Positions 1-12,539 of a DNA stretch of 64,000 nt are shown here, in pieces. Numbering within the stretch: the first letter of the stretch is position 1; each line of letters opens with the position of its first letter. A program made the translations under genes and the position numbers. The notes under the pieces were generated by a model. That model saw only the letters and a list, made by a program, of their open reading frames with translations, was not told the origin of the DNA and did not search any database. Location: NCBI GenBank assembly GCA_030390025.1, contig CM059427.1:200942001-201006000 (forward strand), in the 5' to 3' direction. The stretch is from Squalus acanthias (lineage: Eukaryota).

Positions 1-1034
1 CTAGTTGCCCTTGAGAAGATGGTGGTGAGCCGCCACCTTGAACCGCTGCAGTCTGTGTGGTGAAGGTACTCCCACAGCGCTGTTAGGTAGTTTTCCGCTC
101 CCCCCTCCAAGCCATTCTCTGGATGAAAGGGCAGCATTTATTGCCCATCCCTAGTTGCCCTGAGAAGGTGACGATGGGCCACCTCTGTTTAATGTGACTT
201 TTGAGGTCCCTTCACTGAGGGCAGTTAAGAGTCGATCCCTGTTGGTGTGGAACTGGGGTCACAAATAGGGCCAGATTATATGTGACTTACAGCAAAGAAG
301 GAGCCCATTTGGCCCATCGTGCCTGTGCCGGCTCTTTGAAAGAGCTCTCCAATTAGTCCCACTCCCCCCTGCTCTTTCCCCATAGCCCTGCAAATTAATC
401 CTCTTCAAGTACATGTCCGAATGCCCTTTTGGAATCTGATTCCACCGCACTTTCAGGTAGTGATGTGCTTGATCTCGCCTCTTGGTGCTGTCCAGGCCCT
501 TCACCTGGCTCTTTCAGTCAGTTTAGGTTTAGTAAGTGTGATCTGATCGAGGTCTTTAAAATGATTAAGGGATTTGTTGGGGTATATGTGGAGGAACTAT
601 TTCCTATGGTGGGAGAGTTCAGAACAGGCTTTTAAATTAGAGCCAGGCCGTTCAGGAGCAAAAACAGGAAACACTTCATCACACAAAGGGTAGTGGAAGT
701 CTGGAACTCTCCCCCTCTGCTCCCTGAAAAGGCTGTGGATGCTGAAGGTTAATTGGAGCTTTCAAGACAGAATTTTGTTGGGTAAGGGTATTGAGGGATT
801 ATGGTGCAAAGGCAGGTAAACTGAGTTGAGGTGCAGATTATAAGAATTCGTAGCAGGAGTAGGCCATACGGCCCCTCGAGCCGTTCAATAAGATCATGGC
901 TGATCTTCCACCTCAACTCCACTTCCCAGCTCGATCCCCATATCCCATACTCCTCTGGAGTCCAACAATCTATCGATCTCAGCCTTGAATATACTCAACG
1001 ACAGCCCTCTGGGGCAGATAATTCCAAAGATCAG

Positions 1035-1610
1035 CCATGATATGCTTGAACTGTATAAAACACTAGTTAGGCCACAGCTAGAATACTGCATACAGTTCTG
1101 GTCACCACATTACAGGAAAGACGTGATTTCACTAGAGGGGGTGCAGAGGAGATTTACGAGGATGTTGCCAGGACTGGAGAATTTTAGCAATGAGGAAAGA
1201 TTGGATAGGCTGGGGTTGTTTGGAACAGAGGAGGCTGAGGGGAGATTTAATTGAGGTGTATAAAATTATGATGGGCCTAGATATAGTGGATAGGAAGGAC
1301 CTATTTCCCTTAGAGAGGTCAATATCCAGGGGGCATAGATTTAAAGTAATTGGTAGAAGGATTGGAGGGGAGTTGAGAACTTTTTTCACCCAGAGGGTGG
1401 TGGGGGTCTGGAACTCACTGCCTGAAAGGGTGGTAGAGGCAGAAACCCTCATCACATTCAAAAAGTACTTGGATACGCAATTGAGGTGTCGTAACCTCCA
1501 GGGCTACGGACCAAGAGCTGGAAAGTGGGATTAGGCTGGAGAGCTCTTTTTTGGCCGGCACAGACACAATGGGCCGAATGGCCTCCTTCTGTGCCGTAAA
1601 TTTCTATGAT
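1035..1610 (+). mobile_element. CR1 LINE 3' fragment
   Basis: [46 protein letters not shown]. Confidence 0.9.
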
Positions 1611-1914
1611 CTAACTGAATGGTGGAGCAGGTTTGAGGGGCTGAATGGCCTCCACTTGTCCTTCCCACGTTAGAATAAATGGTATAATGGTGAAGCTAGG
1701 CTATCGTTAAAGTCTTAGTAACCCTACTAATGGTTTAAATTGTGTTCTTCAAAACAATCCAGGCCTTGGAGGCCTGTCCCAGTGGCTCAGGCGGATGTTA
1801 AGATCCCATGGCACTACCTGAAGACGGGCTCTCCCTGGTGTCCTAACCAACACCGCCAAAAACAGCTTAACTGGTCATTTATCTCATTGATGTTTGTGGG
1901 AGAGTGCCACTGTA

Positions 1915-2445
1915 GAATAGCCTCTTACAGCACAGGAGGCCATTCGGCCCATCGTGCCTGTGCCGGCTATTTGAAAAAATACCCAATGAATCCCATTCCG
2001 CTGCTATTTTTTCCTTTTTCAAGTATTTATCCAATTCCCTTTTGAAAATTATTATTGAATCTGCTTCCACTGCCCTTTCAGGCAGCGCGTTCCAGATCAC
2101 AACTCGCTGCGCTCTCTAGTTCCTTTGCCAATGATCTTAAATCTGTGTCCTCTGGTTACTGACCCTTCTGCCATTGGAAAGAGTTAACTCCTTATCGACT
2201 CTTATCAAAACCCTTCATAATTTTCAACACCTCCATTAAATCTCCTCTTAACCTTCTTTGCTCTTAAGAGAATAATCCCAGCCTCTCGTCTCTCAACTGA
2301 AGTCCCTCATCCCTGGTACCATTCTAGTAAATCTCTGCACCTGCTCCAAGGCCTTGACATCTTTCCTGAAGTGTGGTGCCCAGAATTGAACACAATACTC
2401 CAGCTGGGGCCTAACCAGTGATTTATAAAGGTTTGGCATAACTTG
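1915..2445 (-). mobile_element. CR1 LINE 3' fragment
   Basis: IWNALPERAVEA motif and CR1 tail. Confidence 0.8.
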
Positions 2446-2589
2446 CTGCACCACCAATATACCAAGGTTCCCTATGCATCTTCAGCAGCCTTATCTACAT
2501 AACACTCATTACACTTCAAAAGGTAATGTGAGTGACACATCTTTTAAGAAATTTTAACCTGATGCGCTATATAAATACAAGGATTATAC

Positions 2590-3030
2590 CATCAACAATA
2601 ACTTGCATTTATATACAATCAACAATAACTTGCATTTATATAGCGCCTCTTTAATGTAGTAAAATGTCCCAGGGTGCTTCGCAAGAGCGATTATCAAACA
2701 AAATTTGACTCCGAGCCACATGAGGAAATATTAGGACAGGTGACCAAAAGCTTGGTCAAAGAGGTAGGTTTTAAAGAGCGTCTTAAAGGAGGAGAAAGAG
2801 GCGGAGAGGTTTAGGGAGGGAATTCCAGAGCTTAGGGTCCAGGCAGCTGAAGGCACGGCCGCCAATGGCGGAGCGATGGAAATCGGGGATGTGCAAGACG
2901 TCAGAATTGGAGGAGCGCAGAGATCAGGAAGGGTTGTAGGGCTGGAGGAGATTACAGAGATGGGGAGGGGCGAGGCCATGGAGGGATTTGAAAACAAGCA
3001 TGAGAATTTTAAAATTGAGATGTCACCGGA
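2590..3030 (-). mobile_element. L2-clade LINE 3' fragment
   Basis: FKTLFKTYLF-type ORF2 end and ggcgctatataaatgcaagtt tail. Confidence 0.8.
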
Positions 3031-3097
3031 CCAATCGAAATGGCAGTGCATGTATGCAGTTGTTATGGACACTTTCTATAAAACCTGGCCCTCTTAG

Positions 3098-3545
3098 GTG
3101 TCAGCTGTGGCTCAGTTGGTAGCACACTTGCCTCTGAGTCAGAAGGTTGTGGGTTCACAGTCCCACTCCAGAGACTTGAGCACAAAATCTAGGCTGACAC
3201 TCCAGTACAGTACTGAGGGAGCGTTGCACTGTCGGAGGTGCTGTCTTTTGGATGAGACGTTAAACCGAGGCCCCATCTGCTCTCTCAGGTGGACGTAAAA
3301 GATCCCATGGCACTATTTCGAAGAAGAGCAGGGGAGTTGTCCCCGGTGTCCTGGGCCAATATTTAACCTCAACCAACATAACAAAAACATTATCACATTG
3401 CGGTTTGTGGGGGCTTGCTGTGCACAAATTGGCTGCTGCGTTTCCCACATTACAACAGTGACTACACTTCAAAAGTACTTCATTGGCTGTAAAGCGCTTT
3501 GAGAAGTCCGGTGGTCGTGAAAGATGCTGTATAAATGCAAGTCTT
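3098..3545 (+). mobile_element. SacSINE1-like DeuSINE, full length
   Basis: tRNA-like head (TGGCTCAGTTGG..GGTTC), Deu-like core (gatgagacgttaaaccgagg..gatcccatggcact), L2-like tail. Confidence 0.8.
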
Positions 3546-4114
3546 ATGGTTTAGAAGTGCCTGTGCCCATCACTGTAACAGTGAGTGCACTTTGCTGAGA
3601 CACGAACAATCACAACCCAGAGTTTTGAATCAGCTGTGTTGGGTGAATAGATGGGAAGGAAAAGATTGGCAGCTTGGAAGTAACTGCTGTTTGTATTAAC
3701 TGAAATCCATCGTGGTTTTGTACTGCATCTAAAGAGACGTTTTATTTCCTCTACCACATGTATACCCTTCCTGGTCTTTTAAAAGCTCTAGCACTGACCC
3801 TACATGTTCTGTTCTGTGTAAATTTGGATCCTAGTTTGCTTAAAAAAAATTACATTTCAAGAAATAGTTCATGGTGAAAAGGATTCATTTGGCTCGGTGG
3901 GGAGCACTCTCTCGCCGTGGAGTCAGAAGGTTGTGGGTTCAAGTCCCACAGCAGAGACTTGAGCACAAAAATCCAGGCTGACACTCAGTGCATTGCTGAG
4001 GGAACGCTGCACTGTCCCCAATCAACATCCGGTTCACTGCCACCTCTCTTCTTGGAATGCCTACCTTGAAGAAGTTACCCTGGCCTTAAATCTATTTGAT
4101 TTCCGGCTCTTCCC

Positions 4115-4151
4115 AGTTCTGATGAAAGGTCATCGACCTGAAACGTTAACT
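4115..4151 (+). ncRNA. Minimal type I hammerhead ribozyme in a Penelope-like LTR fragment
   Basis: AGTT-CTGATGA-A-AGGTC-ATC-GACCT-GAAA-CGTT-AACT: stem I, catalytic core, stem II, palindromic ACGT stem III. Confidence 0.75.
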
Positions 4152-5026
4152 CTCTTTCTCTCTTCACGGATGCTGCCTGGCCTGCTGAGTTTTTCCAGCG
4201 TTTTCTGTTGTTATTTCGGATTTCCAGCATCCGCAGTATTTTGCTCGCACTAAAAAACAGATGGTCTGGTCATTATCACATTGCTGTTTGTGGGAGCTTG
4301 CTGTGCGCAAAATGGCTGCCGCGTTTCCCACATTACAATAGTGACTATACACTTCAAAAGTATTTCATTGGCTGTAGAACGCTTTGGGACATCCTGAGGT
4401 TGTGAAAGGCGCTATATAAATGCAAGTCTTTTTACACCCTCTACTTATCCCGGGAAGCTGCCTATAATCAGGCAAATGTCTCTAACTGTTTGTCATCACC
4501 ATAGTGTCAATTACAAAGGTGCTGCTTAAAACTTACTAAACACACCGGCAATTTTGTGCAGTTCAGGAGCTACTGACTTCTTAAATGACATTTTTTTTAT
4601 GGCATCCAATTAACAACTCACTCAGAGACTTCGTAGCAGGAGTTGACCTAATCTCACATTAAACGTATCAGCAGATTGGAGCTGTCCCAAGTCTCCACTG
4701 CCTTCCATAGTTAACAGAAAGAACTTGCATTTCTACAGCGCCTTTCACGACCTCAGGATGTTCCAAAGCGCTTTACAGCCAAGGAAATATTTTTGAAGTG
4801 TGGTCACTGTTGTAGGAAACGTGGCAGCAAATGTACACCCAGCAAGGTCCCACAAACAGCAATGAGATAATCTGTTTTTAGTGATGTTGAGTGAGGGATA
4901 AATATTGGCCCAGGACACCGGAGAGAACTCCCCTGCTCTTCTTCAAAATAGTGGCCATGAGATCTTTTACTTCAACCTGAGAGGGCAGATGGGGCCTCGG
5001 TTTAACGTCTTATCCAAAAGACGACA

Positions 5027-6530
5027 TCATAGAAACATAGAAGATAGGAGCAGGAGTAGGCCATTCGGCCTCTCGAGCCTGCTCCGCCATTTAATGCGAT
5101 CATGGCTGATTATCCAAATTCAGTACCCTGTCCCTGCTTTCTCCCCATATCCCTTGATCCCTTTAGCCTTAAGAAATATATCTAACTCCTTCAATATATT
5201 TAATGAATTGGCCTCAACTGCCTTCTGTGGTAGAGAATTCCACAGGTTCACCACTCTCTGGGTGAAGAAATTCCTCCTCATCGCAGTCCTAAATGGCTTA
5301 CCCCTTATCCTTAGACTGTGACCCCTGGTCCTGGACTCCCCCGCCATCGGGAACATCCTTCCTGCATTTAGTCTGTCTAGTCCTGTTAGAATTTTATAAG
5401 TTTCAATGAGATCCCCTCTCATTCTTCTAAACTCTAGCGAATACAAGACCAATCGTCCCAATCTCTCTTCATACGTCATTCCTGCCATCCCAGGTATCAG
5501 TCTGGTGAATCTTCACTGCATTCCCTCCATGGCACGAACATCCTCAGATAAGGCGACCAAAACTGCACACAATACTCAAGGTGTGGTCTCACCAAGGCCC
5601 TGTACAACTGCAGCAAGACATCCTTGCTCCTGTACTCGAATCCTCTCGCTATGAAGGCCAACATACCATTTGCCTTCTTAACCGCCTGCTGCACCTGCAT
5701 GCTTACCTTCAGCGACTGGTGCACAAGGACTCCCAGGTCTCGTTGCACTTCCCCTTTTCCCAATCTATTGCCGTTCAGATAATAATCTGCCTTCTTGTTT
5801 TTGCCACCAAAATGGATAACCTCGCATTTATCCACATTATACTGCATCTGCCATGCATGTGCCCAATCACCCAACTTGTCAAAATCATACTGGAGTTTCT
5901 CTGCATCCTCCTCACAACACACACACCCACCCAGCTTTGTGTCGTCTGCAAACTTGGAGATATTACATCTAGTTCCCTCGTCTAGATCATTAATATGTAT
6001 TGTGAATAGCTGGGGTCCTAGCACCGATCCCTGCGGTACCCCACTAGTCACTGCCTGCCACTCGGAAAAAGACCCGTTTATTCCAACTCTTTGCTTCCTG
6101 TCTGCCAACCAGTTCTCTATCCAAGTCAGTACCTTACCCCCAATCCCATGTGCTTTAACTTTGCATGCTGATCTCTTATGCGGGACCTTATCGAAAGCCT
6201 TCTGGAAGTCCAAATACACCACATCCACTGGTTCTCCCTTATCTATTCTACCAGTTACATCCTCAAAAAATTCCAGTAGATTAGTCAAGCACGATTTACC
6301 TTTTGTAAATCCATGTTGACTTTGTCCGATCCTGTCACTGTTTTCCAAGTGCTCTGCTATTACATCTTTTATAATGGACTCTAGCATTTTGCCCACTACC
6401 GATGTCAGGTTTACCGGTCTATAATTCCCCGTTTTCTCTCTCCCACCTTTTTTAAATAGTGGGGTTACATTAGCTACCCTCCAATCCATGGGAACTGTTC
6501 CAGAGTCTATAGAATTTTGGAAGATGACAA
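5027..6530 (-). mobile_element. CR1 LINE, 5'-truncated, reverse transcriptase region
   Basis: ORF 5497-6672 with YRPVNLTS, DFQKAFDKVPH, GVPQGSVLGP, FADD. Confidence 0.95.
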
Positions 6531-7454
6531 TGTAGCGCTCCTTCAGCACTGCACTGGAGTGTAAGCCTGGATTTTTGTGCTCAATTCTCTGGAGCGGGAC
6601 TTGAGCCCACAGCCTTCTGACTTGGTTAACAGTGCAAACAGTTGATTGAAACTGCCTGAAGTCTCCCATCAATTGTTTGCACCGTTAACCCCTACAGAAG
6701 TCGGAAAGTGCAGCCGTCAGTCGCATCCCGCGGCCTCTAGAACTTCTGCGAGCCCTTCTTGTCGGCTTGAGCTCCATGTTTGTTAAGTATTTTTTTAAAG
6801 AAGTTTTAATTACACCAGTCCCCAGGTATAACAGGTGAATCGTGTTGACACTAACACGCCTGCTATAAGCAGTGAGGACTGTACCATATGTTTGAATTTT
6901 TGGAACAAGTCCCTTGGAAAAGACACTTTACCAAATGGCCTCTGCAAAGCCACCTGCCCGGCATCTACCACATTCCTTTCTTCCAACCAGATCGCTCTTG
7001 TCCTGCCACATTCAAAGACTTGTGTCCGTACACCGCCAGGTTCCCTCTGTTCCTGCACACGCTTTGAAATTGTACCATTTAGTTTATGTTGCCTCTGCTC
7101 ACTCTTCCTACCAATTCACACTTCTGAGTTCTAAGGAGAAATGTCTTCACTCAGAGGGTGGGTGAATCTTTGGAATTCTCTATCTCAGAGGGCTGTGGAG
7201 GCTCAGTCGTTGAGTATATTCAACACAGAGATCGATAGATTTTTTGGACTCTAGGGGAAATCGAGGGATATGGGGATATGGCGGGAAAGTTGAGGTAGAT
7301 CAGCCATGATCTTATTGAATGGCGGAGCAGGCTCGAGGGGCCGAATGGCCTCCTCCTGCTCCTATTTGTTACGGTCTTCCAGAATAAAATCTTCAAATTC
7401 TGTCAACTTGTTTTTAACAGCCTCTTCTGCCTGTCCTTGATTAACAACAACAAC

Positions 7455-10350
7455 TTACCTTTATATAGCACCAAGAGAGCATTGGAATAGTCCAGTCTGG
7501 AGGTAACAAAGGCATGCTTGATGGTTTCAGCAGCAGAGGAGCTGAGGTAGGGGCGGAGTCGGGCGATGTTACGAGGTGGTGTTGGATATGGGGTCGGAAG
7601 CTCAGCTCAGGGACAAATAGGACGCCAAAGTTGAGAACAGTGTGATTCAGCCTCAGAGAGTTGCCAGGGAGAGGGATGGAGTCGATGGCTAGGGAACGGA
7701 GTTTGTGGCGGGGACCGATGACAATGACTTCGGCCTTCCCAATATTTAATTGGAGGAAATTTCTGCTCATCCAGAACTGGATGTCAGACAAGCAGCGTGA
7801 CAAATCAGAGGCAGTGGAGGGGTCAAGAGAGGCGGTGGTGAGGTAGAGCTAGGTGTCGTCAGCATACATTGTGCGTACTGATGTGTTTATCGGACGATGT
7901 CGCCGACATGTTGATGTAGATGAGAAATAGGAGGGGGCCAAGGATAGATCCTTAGGGGGCAACAGAGGGAGCGGGAAGAGAAATCGTTGCAGGAGATTCT
8001 CTGGCTATGACGGATAGGTTGGAATGGAACTAGGCGAGGGCAGTCCCACCCAGCTGGACAATGGAGGAGAGGCGTTGGAGGAGGATGGTGTGGTCAACCG
8101 TGTCAAAGGCTGCGTGTGTGGATTTTTGAAGGGATGAGTTTTTTGAGGAGCGGGGTGATGACCAATGTTCCTGTGTGGCTGCGCAGCGGTTTGGAGGTCC
8201 CGCGGAGACCAGTCACTGGCTTTTGAATGGAAAACTGCGCACGCGCGGAGATTTGAATGGGCCACGCAGCGCGTTGAAGGGGTGAAAAAAATTAGAGGGA
8301 ACATTGGTGATGACGGCAGATTTGAAGGGGATGGGGACAGTACCTGAGGAGAGGGAACTGTTAACAATATCAGCTAACATGGGAGCCAGAAAGGAAAGTT
8401 GCGTAGTCAGCAGTTTAGTAGGAATAGGGTCGAGGGAGCAGGAGGAGGGTCTCATGGATAAGATGAGCTCAGAGAGGGCATGAGGGGAGATCGGAGAGAA
8501 ACTAGAGAAAGATGGAAGTTCAGGACTAGGGCAGGGGGAACCTTAGAGGAAATTTGGCTCGGGGAAGGGTGGGAAGTGGCAGAGGTTTCAATCTCGGTGA
8601 CAAAGAAGTCGATGAGCTTCTTGCACTTGTGGTTGCAGGTGAGGGTGGAGGGGGCAGGGGAGAGGGGTTTAAGAAGACGGTTTGTAGTGGAGAAGAGAAA
8701 CCGGGGGTTATCTTTGCATTCCAGGATGATTCTGGAATAGCTTTGGCAGACGAGAGCAGGACCCGATGGTGCTTATGTGGTCCAGCCCGATCTGGCGATG
8801 GAATGGTTAAACCAGTTGTCTGCCATAAGATTTCAAGTCTGCGTCCCTTGGACTTAAAGGAGTGGAGATGAGGGCCGTACTAGAGGGAACGACCATGGGG
8901 AGCGAGAGTAATGGTTTTAATGGGGACAGGGCATTAAAGATGGAGGTGAGGGTATGATTGAGCAGAGGCAGAAATATTGCGGTGAATGGAGGGCTAAAAA
9001 ATAGACAGCTGAGAATTTGAAAATGACTTGGGGGAGAGTTTTTTCCAGGGGTGGACACAGAAGGAAGTGAGGCTGGGAGTGGGAGATGGGATGCGGATGG
9101 AGAGCGATACAAGAAGCGATCAGAGATGACCTTATCTGCGATTGACTCGATGAGAGTAGCGAGGCCACGTGAGAGGGCAAGGTCGAGGGGGTGGCCGTGA
9201 ATATGGCCTAAGGGAGTTTATATGGAGGGAGAGATTAAGGGAGTGCAGGAGGGCAGTGAACTCAGTGGAGAGAGAGCATGATGAGTTGAGATGGAGGTTG
9301 AAATCACCGAGGATGAGAAGTCGCTCGGTGCAGAGGCTGAGGGAGGAAAGCAGTGAAGATATCTCAAGTGAGAAACTTGGCGTGGTACTTGGGTAGGTGG
9401 TGGAGAACGAGGATTTTAAAGGAGAGGCGAAATGGTGCAACAAGGTGAGGTGATCAAAGAAGGAGAAGGTGTCAGAGGAGTAGGGGGACAGACCCAAGGT
9501 ATGATTTGGTAATAGAAGCCACACTGGCACCGCGGCAGTCTGGGTGGGGGAAGGTGTAGCCAGGCGGGGAAGCTTCATGTAGGGGGAAGGTGCCATCATC
9601 CCTCAGCCAGGTTTCCGTCAAGGCTACGATATTAGTGCAATCATCCAGAATAAGCTCATGGATGGCAAGGGCCTTGTTCACAGGTGGACGGACATTCTGG
9701 AGGGAGATGCGGATCCACTGGCAGAGCCCACAGGGTCAGCGCTGGGAGGGGTGAGTGGGACGGGAAGGAGATTGGAAAGATTAGCCCCCAGCGGGCAGGA
9801 AGGTCAGCAAGAGAGAGGGATGGGGTCAGTTGGGGTTGCTGCTCGTAAGGAGGCAGCGACGAGTGCCTCGATGGGCCCGTCGGAGGATGCCATGAGAGGC
9901 ACAGAGGGAAGCTGTGGGCTTATCGAAGAGGGAGTCAAGCCTGGGACGGTGGCAGGAGAGTAGGAAGGTCGAGGAGTGCTGAAGGGTTGGGGTAGGGATT
10001 TGGAAGGGCAGAGCACCCCAGAGGGGAGAAATGAAAGGAGGCGTGACTGACAGGAGAGAGGGGTCTAGGAGGGGTGAAGAGAAAAGGGGAAATTGAAGTG
10101 GTGGGCTCGGGTCTGGAGCAGCAGCCGGAACACGCACGTGAATGGGCACAGGGAAATTCAAGTTGCATGGACGTGGTCGCATAGCAAGATTAGGATAGAT
10201 AAGTCCTGGTAATAAATGGAGAATAGAGAGGAGACAATAGGAGGGAGTCCAGAGTTAAACTCAGAGGTCCCGTGGTGGGATAAAGTTGACGTAGGTAGGG
10301 TGGAGTCAGCTTGGAGCATCGATGAGCTGATGTCCAGGTTCGGAGAGAGG
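7455..10350 (-). mobile_element. Degenerate L2-clade LINE with APE endonuclease and RT remnants
   Basis: ALTETWL, LILGDFNLH, SSCSLDPIPTKLL, WMSRNFLQLNIGK fragments across frameshifts. Confidence 0.85.
8163..8306. mobile_element. hAT-type MITE inserted in L2
   Basis: TIR CAATGTTCC..GGAACATTG; 8-bp TSD GTGATGAC (8155-8162, 8307-8314). Confidence 0.85.
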
Positions 10351-10624
10351 TGTGGAGGACAAGCGAGTTCAGAAGCTATTTGAAGGGTGCATTCCGAAGT
10401 ATTTACTAATTTTATCTCAAATTATGGATTCTAAAGGGGTAACTTCACCCTAACTAGTGGACCGGGTCCAGCGGCCATTTTAGGCCCCGCCCCGATTTTA
10501 CAGCCCATTGACTGACATCGGTACGATGAGCCTAAAGGTCATCTTCTGACTCATCGCCCTACATCCCCCTCCCCGAACTCTGCGTTCCTCCACCTCTGGC
10601 CTTTTGTGCACTCCCCTAGTCTAC

Positions 10625-12300
10625 CTTGCAAAGGGGCTTCAAGGCGATTTAGACAAGTTGAGTGAGTGGGCAAATACATGGCAGATGCAGTATAACGTGG
10701 ATAAATGTGAAGTTATCCACTTCGGTAGGAAAAACAGAAAGGCAGAGTATTTCCTAAATGATGAAAGATTGGGGAATGCTGATGTACAGAGGGACCTGGG
10801 CGTCCTTGTACACCAGTCACTGAAAGCAAACATGCAGGTGCAGCAAGCAATTAGGAAGGCAAATGGTATGTTGGCCTAAATTGCAAGAGGATTTGAGTAC
10901 AGGAGCAAGGATGTCTTACTACAGTTATACAGGGCCTTGGTGAGACCACACCTGGAGTACTGTGTGCAGTTTTGGTCTCCTTACCTAAGAAAGGATATAC
11001 TTGCCATGGAGGGAGTGCAGCGAAGGTTCACCAGACTGATTCCTGGGATGGCAGGACTGTCGTATGAGGAGAGATTGGGTCGACTAGGCCTGTATTCACT
11101 CGAGTTTAGAAGAGTAAGGGGATCTCATTGAAATGTATAAAATTCTGACAGGGCTAGACAGACTGATGCAGGGAGGATGTTTCCCCTGGCTGGGGGGTCT
11201 AGAACGAGGGGTCACAGTCTCAGGATACGGGGTAGGACATTTAGGACTGAGATGAGGAGAAATTTCTTCACTCAGAGGGTGGTGAACCTATGGAATTCTC
11301 TACCACAGAAGGCTGTGGAGGCCAAGTCACTGAATATATTTAAGAAGGAGATAGATAGATTTCTAGACACAAAAGGTATCATAGAAACATAGAAGATAGG
11401 AGCAGGAGTCGGCCATTCGGCCCCTCGAGCCTGCTCCTCCATTTAATGAGATCATGGCTGATCATCCAAATTCACTACCCTGTCCCTGCTTTCTCCCCAT
11501 ATCCCTTGATCCCTTTAGCCTTAAGAAATATATCTATCTCCTTCTTGAATATATTTAATGAATTGGCCTCAACTGCCTTCTGTGGTAGAGAATTCCACAG
11601 GTTCACCACTCTCTGGGTGAAGAAATTCCTCCTCATCTCAGTCCTAAATGGCTTACCCCTTATCCTTAGACTGTGACCTCTGGTTCTGGACTCCCCCGCC
11701 ATCAGGAACATCCTTCCTGCATCTAGTCTGTCTAGTCCTGTTAGAATTTTATAAGTTTCAATGAGATCCCCTCTCATTCTTCTAAACTCTAGCGAATATA
11801 AGCCTAATCGACCCAATATCTCTTCATACGTCATTCCTGCCATCCCAGGTATCAGTCTGGTAAATCTTCGCTGCACTCCCTCCATGGCAAGAACATCCTT
11901 CCTCAGATAAGGCGACCAAAACTGCACACAATACTCAAGGTGTGGTCTCACCAAGGCCTTGTACAACTGCAGCAAGACATCCTTGCTCCTGTACTCAAAC
12001 CCTCTCGCTACGAAGGCCAACATACCATTTGCCTTCTTAACCGCCTGCTGCACCTGCATGCTTACCTTCAGCGACTGGTGCACAAGGACTCCCAGATCTC
12101 GTTGCACTTCCCCTTTCTCCGAATCTATTGCCGTTCAGATAATAATCTGTCTTCCTGTTTTTGCCACCAAAGTGGTATCAAGGGTATGGGGAGAGAGCGG
12201 GAATATGGTATTGAGATAGAGGAGCAGCCATGATCATATTGAATGGCGGAGCAGGCTCGAAGGGTCGAATGGCCGTCTCGTGCTCCTATTTTTCTATGTT
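10625..12300 (+). mobile_element. CR1 3' fragment interrupted by an antisense CR1 (11382-12173)
   Basis: + strand CR1 ORF2 motifs; minus ORF 11475-12107; duplicated GGTATCA at both junctions. Confidence 0.88.
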
Positions 12301-12539
12301 TCACCCCTCCATTGGCGTCTGCGCCTTCTGCATCCTCGGCCCTAAACTGCGGTGTTCATTCCCTGAAGCTCACCACCTCTCCTTCCCCCTTAAAATCCAT
12401 CGCATCGACCAAGCTTTTGGGTAACCCTCCTAATATCTCCTCCTTTGGCTTGGCATTAGTTTTTGTCTCGATTACATTACACTCCTGTGAAGCGCTTGGG
12501 GGCATTGTTACTCCGTTAAAGACGCTATATAAATACAAA

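Noticed and set aside
3098-3175. tRNA genes at SINE heads (also 21197, 31566, 42444)
   Set aside because: A/B boxes run directly into SINE bodies; no complete cloverleaf.
5497-6672. 391-aa RT ORF as an active or domesticated gene
   Set aside because: 5'-truncated CR1 with a frameshifted C-terminus; the N-terminus is read-through from a SINE fragment.
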